In this document: positions 8,116 to 17,646 of the stretch, in pieces
Position numbering within the stretch: the stretch's first letter is position 1
Layout of the letters: every line of letters begins with the position of its first letter
IMG/VR virus record: IMGVR_UViG_3300032373_000019
Location: 1 to 47,996 of that record
Length of the DNA: 47,996 bases
Origin: a virus
Taxonomy: Duplodnaviria; Caudoviricetes
Strand: one strand, 5' to 3'
Notes under the pieces: model-generated
What the model saw: the letters and a program-made list of their open reading frames with translations, nothing else
Told to the model about the DNA's origin: nothing
The model's database searches: none
Program-made: the position numbers and the translations under genes

Positions 8116-9759
8116 ATGGCCACGGATACCCCCATCGACCTCTCGGGCCTCAGCGCTGAGCAGACCATCGAGCGCATCGGCGCCGAGCTCACCGACAACC
8201 GGGCGCAGCTCGCCGCGGTCAAGGCATCGCTGACCGAGGCCCTCGCCAACCCCGACACGGCCGGCGCCGAGGTCGAGATTGGTGGCTACGCCGCCTTCTG
8301 CGACGACAAGGGCAATCTGAAGCTGACCGACGGTCGCGCCACCTTCGTCACCGGCAAGCACGGCGACAAGCGGGTCGACGTCGAGGTCCCCGGCCTGTTC
8401 AGCGCCATCGACAAGGGCGTGGCCGGCATCAGCGAGGGCGACGCCGCCGCCATCAAGGCATTCCGCCACCACCTCGGGGAGGTCTCCGTCCTCGCCAAGG
8501 TCGGCGTGCACACCACGCCGCACCAGCAGATCGCCGACCTGAAGCGCGCCGCCAAGTCCGCCCCCAAGGCGGTCCGCGGGGCCTTCACCAAGCTGGCGGC
8601 CGACGCCGAGGCCGGGTTCGGCCAGTTCATCCGGGGTCGCGGCGCGACCTTCGCCGACGCCTACTCGACCGCCACGTCCTCGGGCAACCCCGGGTACCAG
8701 TGGGTGAACGACGAGTTCCTCCCCGACGTCATCAGCACCGTCCCCGACGAGGCGGGTCTCTACGAGATCCTGACCACGCCGGTCGGCGGCGGTCGCCACG
8801 CTACCGCGGCCATGAAGGCCCGGGTGCTCACCAACCCCGGTGGTATGGCCCTCATCGGCCGGCAGACCTCCGGCACGGTGGTCAACTACCCGAAGACCGA
8901 GATGACCACGGCGGTCGAGTCCCTGACCGGCCCCCGCGCCGTCTGGGCCCACGTCATGGACGAGGTGGACCTCAACGACCCGCGCGCGGTGCTCGACGAG
9001 GTCGGCCTGGCACAGGTCGCCAGCGACTACGCCTACCGCTCGACCCTCGACGGGATGCTCCTCCACGGTGAGCAGGAGACGGCCGCGTCGGCTCACGTCT
9101 TCGCCGCCGCTGGCCTCCAGGAACTCGCCTGGAAGGGGCGGTTCGCGTCCTTCTCCGGCACCGCGCAGGACCCGCTCCTGATCGCCGACGGCATCCTCGC
9201 GTGGGCGGCCGACCGCTCCAACCGCGTCGACATCGTCGCCGGCACGAGCCTCTCCGCCGCGGGCGACATCGACACCAGCCGGGCCAACTTCCTCACGGCC
9301 CACAACTACATGATCGGCCTGCTCAACGACGAGTACCAGCGCCCGACCATGGGCCTCAAGCTCATCGTGCACCCCGCGGTCGGCCGGAAGCTCCTCGAGG
9401 TCAGCGCGACGGGCACGTTCTCGGAGCCGCTGTTCACCCCGAACCTCTCCGGGGCGAACCCCTGGCTGGTCGGTACGCTCATCGACGGCACCGAGGTCTA
9501 CGCCCACAGCTACGTGAGCAAGAACTACAGCTCGACCGGCGTGCCCACCTCGGGCCAGTCGCTCGACGTGATGATCTACGCCTACTCCCCGATGATGTTC
9601 GACATCGTCGGCGCGCAGGACCGCCAGTTCGCCATCGAGCGCGTGCCCGACAGCGAGTACACCGTCCTGCGGCGCAAGCAGAACCGGTCCTGCTGGTCCC
9701 CGCTCCCGAGCGCGGACAAGGCCTTCGCGGTCGGCTACAACGTGGACTTCAGCGTCTGA
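8116..9759 (+). CDS. major capsid protein (probably HK97 fold) with long N-terminal scaffold-like region
   Basis: Position after the protease, strong RBS, strongly C/G-biased third codon positions, N-terminal coiled coil, LIVHPAV motif, terminator downstream. Confidence 0.8.
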   Translation: MATDTPIDLSGLSAEQTIERIGAELTDNRAQLAAVKASLTEALANPDTAGAEVEIGGYAAFCDDKGNLKLTDGRATFVTGKHGDKRVDVEVPGLFSAIDKGVAGISEGDAAAIKAFRHHLGEVSVLAKVGVHTTPHQQIADLKRAAKSAPKAVRGAFTKLAADAEAGFGQFIRGRGATFADAYSTATSSGNPGYQWVNDEFLPDVISTVPDEAGLYEILTTPVGGGRHATAAMKARVLTNPGGMALIGRQTSGTVVNYPKTEMTTAVESLTGPRAVWAHVMDEVDLNDPRAVLDEVGLAQVASDYAYRSTLDGMLLHGEQETAASAHVFAAAGLQELAWKGRFASFSGTAQDPLLIADGILAWAADRSNRVDIVAGTSLSAAGDIDTSRANFLTAHNYMIGLLNDEYQRPTMGLKLIVHPAVGRKLLEVSATGTFSEPLFTPNLSGANPWLVGTLIDGTEVYAHSYVSKNYSSTGVPTSGQSLDVMIYAYSPMMFDIVGAQDRQFAIERVPDSEYTVLRRKQNRSCWSPLPSADKAFAVGYNVDFSV

Positions 9760-9764
9760 TCGCT

Positions 9765-9791
9765 GACCTCGCCCCGCTAAGGGGCGAGGTC
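9765..9791 (+). terminator. hairpin after major capsid
   Basis: GACCTCGCCCC-GCTAA-GGGGCGAGGTC perfect 11-bp stem. Confidence 0.65.
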
Positions 9792-9831
9792 TCCCCCCTC
9801 TTCCCCGACCCATTCGCTCCAGGAGAGCCCC

Positions 9832-10200
9832 ATGTCCCTCATGCCCATCCGGCTCCTCGCCGCCGGCACCAACGCCACCGACGACTCCTACGCCCGCATC
9901 CCCGGCGAGTCCACCCAGGACTACAAGCTCGTCCAGGCCGAGGTCACGGACTGGGGCGGCGTCGCTGCTGACGCCACGGACTACATCGACGTGATCGTGA
10001 AGAAGAACACGACCACCCTCGAGACCGTCACCACCTCGACCACCGCGCTCGTCGCCCTGACCGCGGACACCCTGTCCGACGTGCAGGACACGATCGTCTC
10101 CGGCGGCGACTACATCCACCTCGACGTGAACAAGGCCGGCACCGGCCCGACTTACGACCTCGAGGTCCTCCTCATGCTGGAGCCGGTCAACCTCCCCTGA
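9832..10200 (+). CDS. putative capsid decoration / structural protein
   Basis: 122 aa, Thr/Asp-rich, directly after the capsid gene, AGGAG RBS. Confidence 0.55.
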   Translation: MSLMPIRLLAAGTNATDDSYARIPGESTQDYKLVQAEVTDWGGVAADATDYIDVIVKKNTTTLETVTTSTTALVALTADTLSDVQDTIVSGGDYIHLDVNKAGTGPTYDLEVLLMLEPVNLP

Positions 10201-10220
10201 CCCGACCCGCTGACGCCCTC

Positions 10221-10253
10221 GGGGGCAGGTTCCCACCCCGGGGGCCTGCCCCC
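10221..10253 (+). terminator. hairpin
   Basis: GGGGGCAGG...CCTGCCCCC followed by TT. Confidence 0.55.
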
Positions 10254-10285
10254 TTCGCGTATGCACCCCCTCGTAGGAGTTCCCC

Positions 10286-10579
10286 ATGGCCACCGCAACG
10301 ATGGTCGGCATCCCCAGCAACGGTCTCCACAAGGAGACGGGCGTGGATTCGTCGGCCGGGCTCACCCTCACCATCGACACCGATGCGGCCGTGGTGTACG
10401 CCTACGCCTCCGCAGCGATGACCTTCGAGAACCCCGAGGGTGGCGACGCTGGTGTTCTGGAGGCGTCAACCTGGCTCATCGTGTGGCAGCAGGAGGAGGC
10501 GTCGAAGCTGACCACGCAGAGTCAGATGCTGTTCAAGGCGGCGAGCAGCACCGCGGACATCACCTTCCGGCACGTCTGA
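10286..10579 (+). CDS. virion structural protein (hypothetical)
   Basis: AGGAG RBS, codon bias, head module position. Confidence 0.55.
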   Translation: MATATMVGIPSNGLHKETGVDSSAGLTLTIDTDAAVVYAYASAAMTFENPEGGDAGVLEASTWLIVWQQEEASKLTTQSQMLFKAASSTADITFRHV

Positions 10580-10588
10580 GGCTACCCC

Positions 10589-11218
10589 ATGGCGCTCCTC
10601 TCCCTCGCGGACTTCAAGTCCCTGTACTGGCACGGCGACGCCAGCGACACCACGCAGGACACGCGCCTGACGGCGTGGCTGGCTGCGTGGGAGGACGCGT
10701 TCCTCGAGCACATCGGGGTCCCGGTCAACGACGCGGACACGCGAACGCTGGACTCGGCCACCTACACGGTGATCTACACGTCCCAGTACGACACCCGGGT
10801 CGCCCGTGGGCCTGCCGGCCACGTGGTTCCCCCAGTGGTCCCCTGGAGCACTACGGGCCTGTTCTCGTCGTCGGACGGGGCCTTCGCGGACGCCTCGGAC
10901 GAGTTCACCTCGGGCGAGTACGACGACCGGATGCCCAACAGCCCGATCCACGCCCGGGTCAAGCTGCGCCCCGGCTACTCGTTCGCCGAGTCCGACGAGG
11001 TCAAGCTCGTCGGCACCGGCGGCTACTCCACGGTCCCCGACCGCTTCGTGTACGCCTTCGGCCTCACGATGGATTGGTGGGACCGAGTGAACGACCACCG
11101 GACCATCCGGTCCAAGACCGTCGAGCGCACGCCCACGGCATCGTTCCGCGCCGAGGACCTGCCCCCCGACCTCCGGGGGTTGATGGACGCGCTCCGGATG
11201 CCCTGGAAGCGCATCTGA
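10589..11218 (+). CDS. head-tail adaptor (gp6-like)
   Basis: MALLSLADFKSLY...QDTRLTAWL, GGYSTVPD, DLPPDLRGLMDALR typical adaptor layout. Confidence 0.7.
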   Translation: MALLSLADFKSLYWHGDASDTTQDTRLTAWLAAWEDAFLEHIGVPVNDADTRTLDSATYTVIYTSQYDTRVARGPAGHVVPPVVPWSTTGLFSSSDGAFADASDEFTSGEYDDRMPNSPIHARVKLRPGYSFAESDEVKLVGTGGYSTVPDRFVYAFGLTMDWWDRVNDHRTIRSKTVERTPTASFRAEDLPPDLRGLMDALRMPWKRI

Positions 11219-11787
11219 TGCCGCTCACGCCCGAGCAGTGGGGAGCGTTCTGGTCGGACGCCCCCGACCGGGCGGAGAAGCGCGTGGACGCGGCGGCGGC
11301 GCTTCTGGGTGACTCCATGGGCCTGGCCACCGCCGCGAACATCCTGTCCCGCCTCACGCGCCGCTCTGGCGACCTGCTCGACTCGGTCAAGGTCGACGTC
11401 GTGCGCCGCGGGGCGGTGGTCGGCATCGTCCTCACGGTGGGCGAGGACAGCCCGGCCGGCGCCTACGCCAAGGTGCAGGACGAGGGGTCCGGCTACCTCC
11501 CTGGCGGCGTCATTCGGCCCAAGAACGGCCAGTATCTGGCGATCCCCATGCCTATCGGGCGCGGGCGGTCCGGCCCGCAGAGCCCCCGGCAGCTTCCCGA
11601 GGCGGACACGCTGTGGATCCCGCGCGTCGGGGGCGGCTTCTACGTCATCCACGGCGGCCAACTGCTGTTCGTGCTGGTGCCAGAGGTCCGGCTCCTCCCG
11701 AAGCGATACGCCATGGACGCATTCGAGGACGTCGCCGGCCGAGAGGCCCCGGGCGAACTCGCCGCCATCGTTGAGGTGCTCCAGTGA
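11218..11787 (+). CDS. virion morphogenesis / tail completion protein
   Basis: RRSGDLLDSV, YAKVQDEG, IRPKNGQYLAIP motifs; TGATG coupling. Confidence 0.65.
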   Translation: MPLTPEQWGAFWSDAPDRAEKRVDAAAALLGDSMGLATAANILSRLTRRSGDLLDSVKVDVVRRGAVVGIVLTVGEDSPAGAYAKVQDEGSGYLPGGVIRPKNGQYLAIPMPIGRGRSGPQSPRQLPEADTLWIPRVGGGFYVIHGGQLLFVLVPEVRLLPKRYAMDAFEDVAGREAPGELAAIVEVLQ

Positions 11788-12221
11788 GCTTCGAACGCGC
11801 CAACCGCCGCGCCGCGCTGATCTCTCTGCTCGAGGGCCTGTCCTTCACGGGCACAGGCCTCATCGGGGCCCCCGTGTCGCTGTCTGGACTGGTCGAGTCC
11901 GGCCCGCTGCCCGTCGAGCGCCCCAAGGGGAAGGTGGGCGCCATCGTGCAGCCCCTCACCGCCCCCACGACGCCCGACGGGCTCTGGTACCGCTCCCGGG
12001 AGACCTGGCACGTGCGCGTGTGGCTCGGCATCGAGAAGACCGCGCGCGGCGATTCGTCGGATGCGCCCATCGAGACGCTCCGGTCGGCATTGACGGGGAC
12101 CACCCTCGGGGGCTACGCTCACGCAATCCGCGACGTGAATCCCACCCACCTGATTGAGATCGGACGGCTGAGCATCGACGTGATCATGTCCGTCGAGTTC
12201 ATGCGCCCGGCTGGAGGCTGA
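11784..12221 (+). CDS. putative tail terminator
   Basis: 145 aa, position before tail tube, coupled start. Confidence 0.45.
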   Translation: MSFERANRRAALISLLEGLSFTGTGLIGAPVSLSGLVESGPLPVERPKGKVGAIVQPLTAPTTPDGLWYRSRETWHVRVWLGIEKTARGDSSDAPIETLRSALTGTTLGGYAHAIRDVNPTHLIEIGRLSIDVIMSVEFMRPAGG

Positions 12222-12225
12222 CCCG

Positions 12226-13053
12226 ATGTCCTGGGGATTCGACGCGACCGAGTGGCAGATCCGGGTTCCGGTGACCATCACGGCGAGCGTGGCGGCTGCC
12301 ACCGACCTCCGCGTCACAATCCTGGTGGATGCGGACTTCTCCCTGTTCTGGGACAACGTCGACAGTGACGGCTACTTCATCGAGTTCGCCGACGCTGACG
12401 GGAATGCGTTGGACTGGGACCGCTCGAACTGGGTCTTCGCCAGCCGCCAGGCGTCCCTGCGGGTCGACTACACGACCCCGACCGGGAGCACCACCGGGCA
12501 CATGCACGTCGTGTACATGTACCTGACGAAGTCCGGCGCAGGCCCCTCGGGCGGCGGCGACCAGTCGTCCACGCTCTCGGGCACCCCGACTGCGGCCAGC
12601 GGCTTCCTCCCTCCGGCGATGCTGTTCCCGCCCGAGGGGTTCGAGACCATCACGGGGGCGCTCGTCCGCGACGACGACGGCACGTACCGCCCGGTGGACG
12701 AACTCGTGCTCATCCAGGACGGGACGTTCGTGGTGCTGCTCACCTTCGGCGACGTGTTCATGAAGAACACCCCGGGGGCCGAGTACAACGGTAAGCCCGA
12801 GTCCGAGGTCCTCCATTATTTCTCGTGGGACGTCATCAACGACGCGGGGAGCACCCAGGGCAACTGGTTCACCGAGACCGACGCCCGCGTGGTGGCCGGC
12901 GGCGCGGGAGACTCGACGGCGCTCGCGCTGTACCTCCCCGTCACCCCAGACAACGACGACGCCAACCGCCTCAAGGTGGAGCCCGTCACGAACAAGGACC
13001 GGACGCTCGCGCGTTGGGCCAAACTCAACTCCGTTCTCCCCTCCATCGCATAG
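12226..13053 (+). CDS. DUF2341-like virion protein
   Basis: WQIRVPVTIT...FWDNVDSDGYFIEFADADGNALDWD resembles DUF2341. Confidence 0.55.
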   Translation: MSWGFDATEWQIRVPVTITASVAAATDLRVTILVDADFSLFWDNVDSDGYFIEFADADGNALDWDRSNWVFASRQASLRVDYTTPTGSTTGHMHVVYMYLTKSGAGPSGGGDQSSTLSGTPTAASGFLPPAMLFPPEGFETITGALVRDDDGTYRPVDELVLIQDGTFVVLLTFGDVFMKNTPGAEYNGKPESEVLHYFSWDVINDAGSTQGNWFTETDARVVAGGAGDSTALALYLPVTPDNDDANRLKVEPVTNKDRTLARWAKLNSVLPSIA

Positions 13054-13062
13054 GAGCCCAGC

Positions 13063-14070
13063 ATGGCCACCTTCCCCACTGCCGACCTCCTGCGCGGCGC
13101 CAACACCCAGTACGGGTTCGCCGTCGAGGCCACCCCGAACGCCGGACTCCAGACGTCCGACCCGCTCGCGTGGTTCGCCCCCCTCTCCGACGGCATCCGA
13201 CCCAACATCGAGAAGAACGACGTGGGGGACCTCGGCCTGACCGGCGACGGTCTGCCCGGATTCCGTTTCGTCGGCAAGAAGTACACGGAGGGCGACATCG
13301 TCACCCTCTTCGACGTCGACAACGGCGGCATGCTCCGGCGCGCGGCCTTCGGCACCGTCGGCACCGCGGGCACCGGGCCCTACACGCACACGTTCTCCCT
13401 CGAGACCGCCAACCCGGCCACGCTCGCCGCCGTTCGCGTCTCCGAGAACACCGCTGGGACCACCTACCAGGACCTGTACAAGCAGATGCTGTGCTCCCAG
13501 TACGTCATGGAGGCCGCCCCGGGTGGGGAGGTCCGCGAGACGTTCAGCATGGTCGGGAACATCGACAGCACCGGGGCCACGCCGGCCACTCAGACGCGGG
13601 CCGCGGTCGCGCCGTCCTCGACGCTCACGCTCCTCGGCAAGCAGTCGGCCGCGATGGGCTGGAACTCGAACACCTACGAACTCCTCAACTGGCGCTTCGT
13701 CATCGAGCGCACCGGCATCGGCTCGGACACGCAGTACGTGAGCACCGACGAGATCGCGGAGACGTACATCAGCGGCAACACGCAGGCGTACTTCGAGGTC
13801 GAGATGCCCATGTCCGACTACGCGCTGCTGACCGCAGCCGCGGGCACCACGCAGAGCGACGCGTCCATCGTCTTCACTATCGGTTCCGACACGGTGACGA
13901 TCACGCTGGAGAACGCCGAGGTGACCAGCTACGCCGAGGACATCCCCGACGCCGGCCCCAAGTCGCAGACCCTGCGGTTCGCGGCCACCGGCGGCGGCTC
14001 CTTCGGCGCCAAGATGGTCGTCGTGAACAGCCAGGCGAACGCGGTGGTCACCCAGAACACCGCGGCGTAG
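13063..14070 (+). CDS. major tail tube protein
   Basis: 335 aa; YGFAVEATP, YTEGDI, GPYTHTF pattern; AGGAG RBS; upstream of the tape measure gene. Confidence 0.75.
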   Translation: MATFPTADLLRGANTQYGFAVEATPNAGLQTSDPLAWFAPLSDGIRPNIEKNDVGDLGLTGDGLPGFRFVGKKYTEGDIVTLFDVDNGGMLRRAAFGTVGTAGTGPYTHTFSLETANPATLAAVRVSENTAGTTYQDLYKQMLCSQYVMEAAPGGEVRETFSMVGNIDSTGATPATQTRAAVAPSSTLTLLGKQSAAMGWNSNTYELLNWRFVIERTGIGSDTQYVSTDEIAETYISGNTQAYFEVEMPMSDYALLTAAAGTTQSDASIVFTIGSDTVTITLENAEVTSYAEDIPDAGPKSQTLRFAATGGGSFGAKMVVVNSQANAVVTQNTAA

Positions 14071-14077
14071 GAGCAGC

Positions 14078-15112
14078 ATGCACCGCCCCGTCGCGCACTG
14101 GTACGCCGGTGCCCAGGACTTCGCCGCAGTGTGGGTCCTGGGTGCGTGGGACCTGTGCGTCCGCGGGTTGGAGCCGGCGGAGGAGGCCCGATACGCGGAC
14201 CTCCTTGACGCCACGCTGAAGGCGACGCAGAACGACGGGGATCTCGACCTCGGCGCCTGGCGCCCCGTCGTCCGCGATCACGTTGTGGGGATCCGGGCGC
14301 TGGAGTCGGGCGGGGAGCCTGCCCGGTGCCGCATCGCGGCCGTGCCTCTGCTCGAGGCCCCCAACCAGCCGACGCCCTACCTCCCGGCCCGCCTCATCTC
14401 GGACCACCACCTCGTGCACGCCGTGGGGGCGCTGGTGTCGATGTGGGTGGGGCGCCACGGGCTCCGGCTCGCGACCCGCACCACTGACCGGCCCGAGGCC
14501 CCTCCGGGCTGTGAGGTCGTCCCCACGGCGCTCGGGTGGCTCGCGGCCCGCCCGCACACCATGCAGAGCCTGCAGACGGAGGGGGCGCAGGGGCGGGCCA
14601 TGGTCGGCCTGCTGATGACGTACCTGCTGGAGGGGCGCGACCCCGAGGCGGGCGACCGTGCACCCCCGGACCTCGGCGCGATGGTGGAGGACGCCGCCGC
14701 GGCCGTCACGCACCGGTGGGTGGTGACGGAGAAGCGCGTGCGCCGCCCCCTCCGCCCGTGGTCGTACCGGCTCGACCAGGTCGGGGAGTGGGTGCCGTTC
14801 CGCATGACGGGCGACCCCGAGGACGAGGAGGCCGACGGGTTCGCTGGCTCGCTCGTGGTTCAGGACGTCATCGCCCTGCACGAGGTCGCGGCCCGGTTCG
14901 TCATCGAGGCGGGGGCCTTCCTCGCCCCGTGGACGCGCAGCGGCCGGGCTATCGCGGAGATGAGCGGCACCGGCACACCCCCGTTCGTGGACGACTGCGC
15001 CGAGTACGACGCGATGCCGCCCGAGGCCCGCCTCCTCGCCCGCTTGGGGTTCTGCCGGGCGTGGGCCATCGAACGCGACCGGCAGACGGCCGCGCAGCTC
15101 GGGGTGCGCTGA
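14078..15112 (+). CDS. hypothetical protein at the tail assembly chaperone position
   Basis: 344 aa between tail tube and tape measure; AGGAG RBS; TGATG coupling. Confidence 0.5.
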   Translation: MHRPVAHWYAGAQDFAAVWVLGAWDLCVRGLEPAEEARYADLLDATLKATQNDGDLDLGAWRPVVRDHVVGIRALESGGEPARCRIAAVPLLEAPNQPTPYLPARLISDHHLVHAVGALVSMWVGRHGLRLATRTTDRPEAPPGCEVVPTALGWLAARPHTMQSLQTEGAQGRAMVGLLMTYLLEGRDPEAGDRAPPDLGAMVEDAAAAVTHRWVVTEKRVRRPLRPWSYRLDQVGEWVPFRMTGDPEDEEADGFAGSLVVQDVIALHEVAARFVIEAGAFLAPWTRSGRAIAEMSGTGTPPFVDDCAEYDAMPPEARLLARLGFCRAWAIERDRQTAAQLGVR

Positions 15113-17646
15113 TGGCCACCGTCAAGTACGTCCTGACCCTCGACGACAAGCTCTCCAAGGGGCTCAAGGGCACGCGCGAGAACGTCCAGAAGACGATCGC
15201 CGCCCTGCACGCGCTCAACGATGCGGCCTCTGGCATCGGCTCTGGCATGGCGACGGCCGGTGGTCAGGTGGCCATGTCCGCGGACCAGATGCGGGGCGCG
15301 TCGGACGCCATCCGCGAGGCGAGCAAGGCGGCCGGACTCGGGGCCGAGCAGCAGGCGAAGCTGGCCGAGGCGAGCAAGAAGGCGGCGGCAGCGGCGGCGG
15401 CGCAGCGCGAGGCCACCAAGAAGGCTCGCGCCGAGGCGAAGGCAGCAGCGGCAGCGGCCCGACTGGAGGCGAAGGAGCGCAACGCGCTGGCGAAGGCGCT
15501 GGAGCAGCAGCGGGCCGCCGACGAGCGGGTGCGGCTCGGCAAGGAGCAGGCGCAGGCGGTGCAGGAACTGCGCATCATCGACCAGACGATCGCGAAGCTC
15601 AGAGAGCGCAACGAACTGACGGAGGAGGAGCTCGCACTCCTGAAGCGGCGCAAGGCGCAGGTCCGCGAGAACCTGGCGATCGAGTCCGGCCGCGCGGCTG
15701 AACTCGGCACCCGCGTCGATCGGGGCTTCGGGGCCCGCGGAACCCGCCGCTCCCCTATCGCGGGGGGCGTGTTCTCCACGCACGTCAAGAACGTCACCAA
15801 GGACATGAAGGCGCTGAACTCTGCCGCCAAGAACACGGCGCGCCAGTTGCCGGATGTGTTCTCCCAGTTGGCGACCGGCACGCCGATCATGCAGATATTC
15901 ACCCAGCAGGGCCTCCAGGTCGCGCAGTCCGTCGAGTCGGAGACCAGCGCGATCACGGGCCTCTTGGCGAAACTGCGCCCGCTGGCGCCCGCCATGGGTG
16001 CGATCGCGGTGGTCTTGGGCACGGTCGCGGTGATGTTCGCCGGCATGCGGGCCAGCATGAACGACGCGGGGACCGCCTCCAACGTGCTCGGCCGCCGCAT
16101 TCGGGACGCCTCCGCCCGCTTGGACGTGTACGCGGAGCGGTTGGTCACGGTGACCGCGCGCATGCAGGACATGCGGAAGGCTAGCCGCGACCTCAAGCGA
16201 GAGTTTCAGGTCAAGACCGGCGCCATCACCGAGCAGAACTCGGAGTTCCAGGCGTACCAGGAGCAGCTCCGCGCATCGAACCACGAGGCGCGGCGAAACG
16301 CGCAGTTGGTGCAGACGCAAGCGCAGGCGGCGATGGAGGCGTCGGAGGGCGCCGCCGCGCTGGCTGAGTCGCGGAAGGAGCTGGGGCGGGCCACAGCGGA
16401 GGACACCGCGCTCCTGCGGAAGCGCACCGAGCAGCAGCAGAAGGCAGCCACCGCCGCAAAGGCCCTCGCGGACCTCGATGAGGAGGAGATCCGGCTGCTG
16501 GAAGCCAAGGCGGCAGTGCTCGAACTCGACCTTGGCGACCCGGCCGAGGACCCGACCGGCGCCGGTGCCGCAGCACGCAAGAAGGCGGCGGACAACACCG
16601 CGACGCAGGCCGAGAAGCAGGCGCGCGCGCTGATGCAGTTGGACACCATCGCCCGCCAGGCCGAGACCTCGCAACTGGAGGGCATCGAGGCGGTGGACGC
16701 GGCGCTACAGGACCAACTCGACACCATCGACGCCCTGATCAAGGCACAGGGACGGCTCACCCCGCAGCAGCAGGCAGCCGCAGCGCGTGCCCGTGGCGCC
16801 GTCCGGGGGCAGGCGGAGGCCCAGCGGGGCGCCATCCGAGCAACGGAGCAGGAGGCGGCGAACAAGGCCGCCGAGGACGCCGCCAACGCCGCGCAGGACG
16901 CGGCCAACAGCCTCGCGGACCTGCTCGACACGCTCGGGGGCGACATCAGGCGCGACGGGTTGGGGTCCCTGCTGACCGGTGACGTCTCCGGCGCCATCGA
17001 GGCGGGCCTCGGTCGCGCCATCGCCCTCGCGGGCCGTGGAGCGTCTGCTGCGGGACTTGAGGGGTTGGGGGCTGGCGCCGCCATCGCCGCGGGCCCGGTC
17101 GCTGCCGGCGTAGTGGGCCTCAAGGAGGTCGGCGAGCTCGGCGCGGCCGGAGTCGAGGATCTCGCAGAGCAGACGGTGGACGCCATCGTCGCCGGCATCG
17201 AGGCGCTCCCCGAGATCCTGGTCCGTGTCGCCCCGAAGATCGGCGTGGCCATCGTGACGGAGCTGATCCCGGCGCTGGCCATGCTCCCCATCGAGTTCGC
17301 GCGGGCCATCGGTCAGGCGCTGAAGGAGCTGTTCACCGGGGGCCGCGAGCGGCGGCAGGACCGGCGCAGCAACCGGCAGAACCGGCGCGACGCCCGGCGC
17401 GCTGAGCGCGGGTTCCAGTCGGGGACCTCCATGGTCGAGCGGGACGGCCTCCACATCCTGCACCGCGGCGAGGCGGTCGTCCCCACGTCGGGCGCCACCA
17501 CTCAGCCCGTGCTCGAGCGCGTCCGCGAGCAGGCCGGCGTGAGCAACCAGGGCCCCCGCATCAAGGGGGTTACGATGGAGGCGCTCATCCTCCGCGTGGG
17601 GCAGGCGTCGACCCCCTACGCGACCTTCCCGGGAACGCCGCCATGA
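15112..17646 (+). CDS. tail tape measure protein
   Basis: 844 aa, Ala-rich helical; lambda-type QLPDVFSQLATGTPIMQIFTQQGLQ; C-terminal FQSGT..DGLHILHRGEAVVP. Confidence 0.9.
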   Translation: MATVKYVLTLDDKLSKGLKGTRENVQKTIAALHALNDAASGIGSGMATAGGQVAMSADQMRGASDAIREASKAAGLGAEQQAKLAEASKKAAAAAAAQREATKKARAEAKAAAAAARLEAKERNALAKALEQQRAADERVRLGKEQAQAVQELRIIDQTIAKLRERNELTEEELALLKRRKAQVRENLAIESGRAAELGTRVDRGFGARGTRRSPIAGGVFSTHVKNVTKDMKALNSAAKNTARQLPDVFSQLATGTPIMQIFTQQGLQVAQSVESETSAITGLLAKLRPLAPAMGAIAVVLGTVAVMFAGMRASMNDAGTASNVLGRRIRDASARLDVYAERLVTVTARMQDMRKASRDLKREFQVKTGAITEQNSEFQAYQEQLRASNHEARRNAQLVQTQAQAAMEASEGAAALAESRKELGRATAEDTALLRKRTEQQQKAATAAKALADLDEEEIRLLEAKAAVLELDLGDPAEDPTGAGAAARKKAADNTATQAEKQARALMQLDTIARQAETSQLEGIEAVDAALQDQLDTIDALIKAQGRLTPQQQAAAARARGAVRGQAEAQRGAIRATEQEAANKAAEDAANAAQDAANSLADLLDTLGGDIRRDGLGSLLTGDVSGAIEAGLGRAIALAGRGASAAGLEGLGAGAAIAAGPVAAGVVGLKEVGELGAAGVEDLAEQTVDAIVAGIEALPEILVRVAPKIGVAIVTELIPALAMLPIEFARAIGQALKELFTGGRERRQDRRSNRQNRRDARRAERGFQSGTSMVERDGLHILHRGEAVVPTSGATTQPVLERVREQAGVSNQGPRIKGVTMEALILRVGQASTPYATFPGTPP

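Noticed and set aside
7150-10380. 1076-aa minus-strand ORF (similarly 3920-5644, 12199-14214, 39256-41676)
   Set aside because: Antisense shadows of strongly GC3-biased real genes; no motifs or RBS.
14536-15111. Upstream extensions of ORF-track calls (tape measure, 17858, 2796, 10261, 46531 and others)
   Set aside because: They overlap real upstream genes; coupled internal starts fit better.
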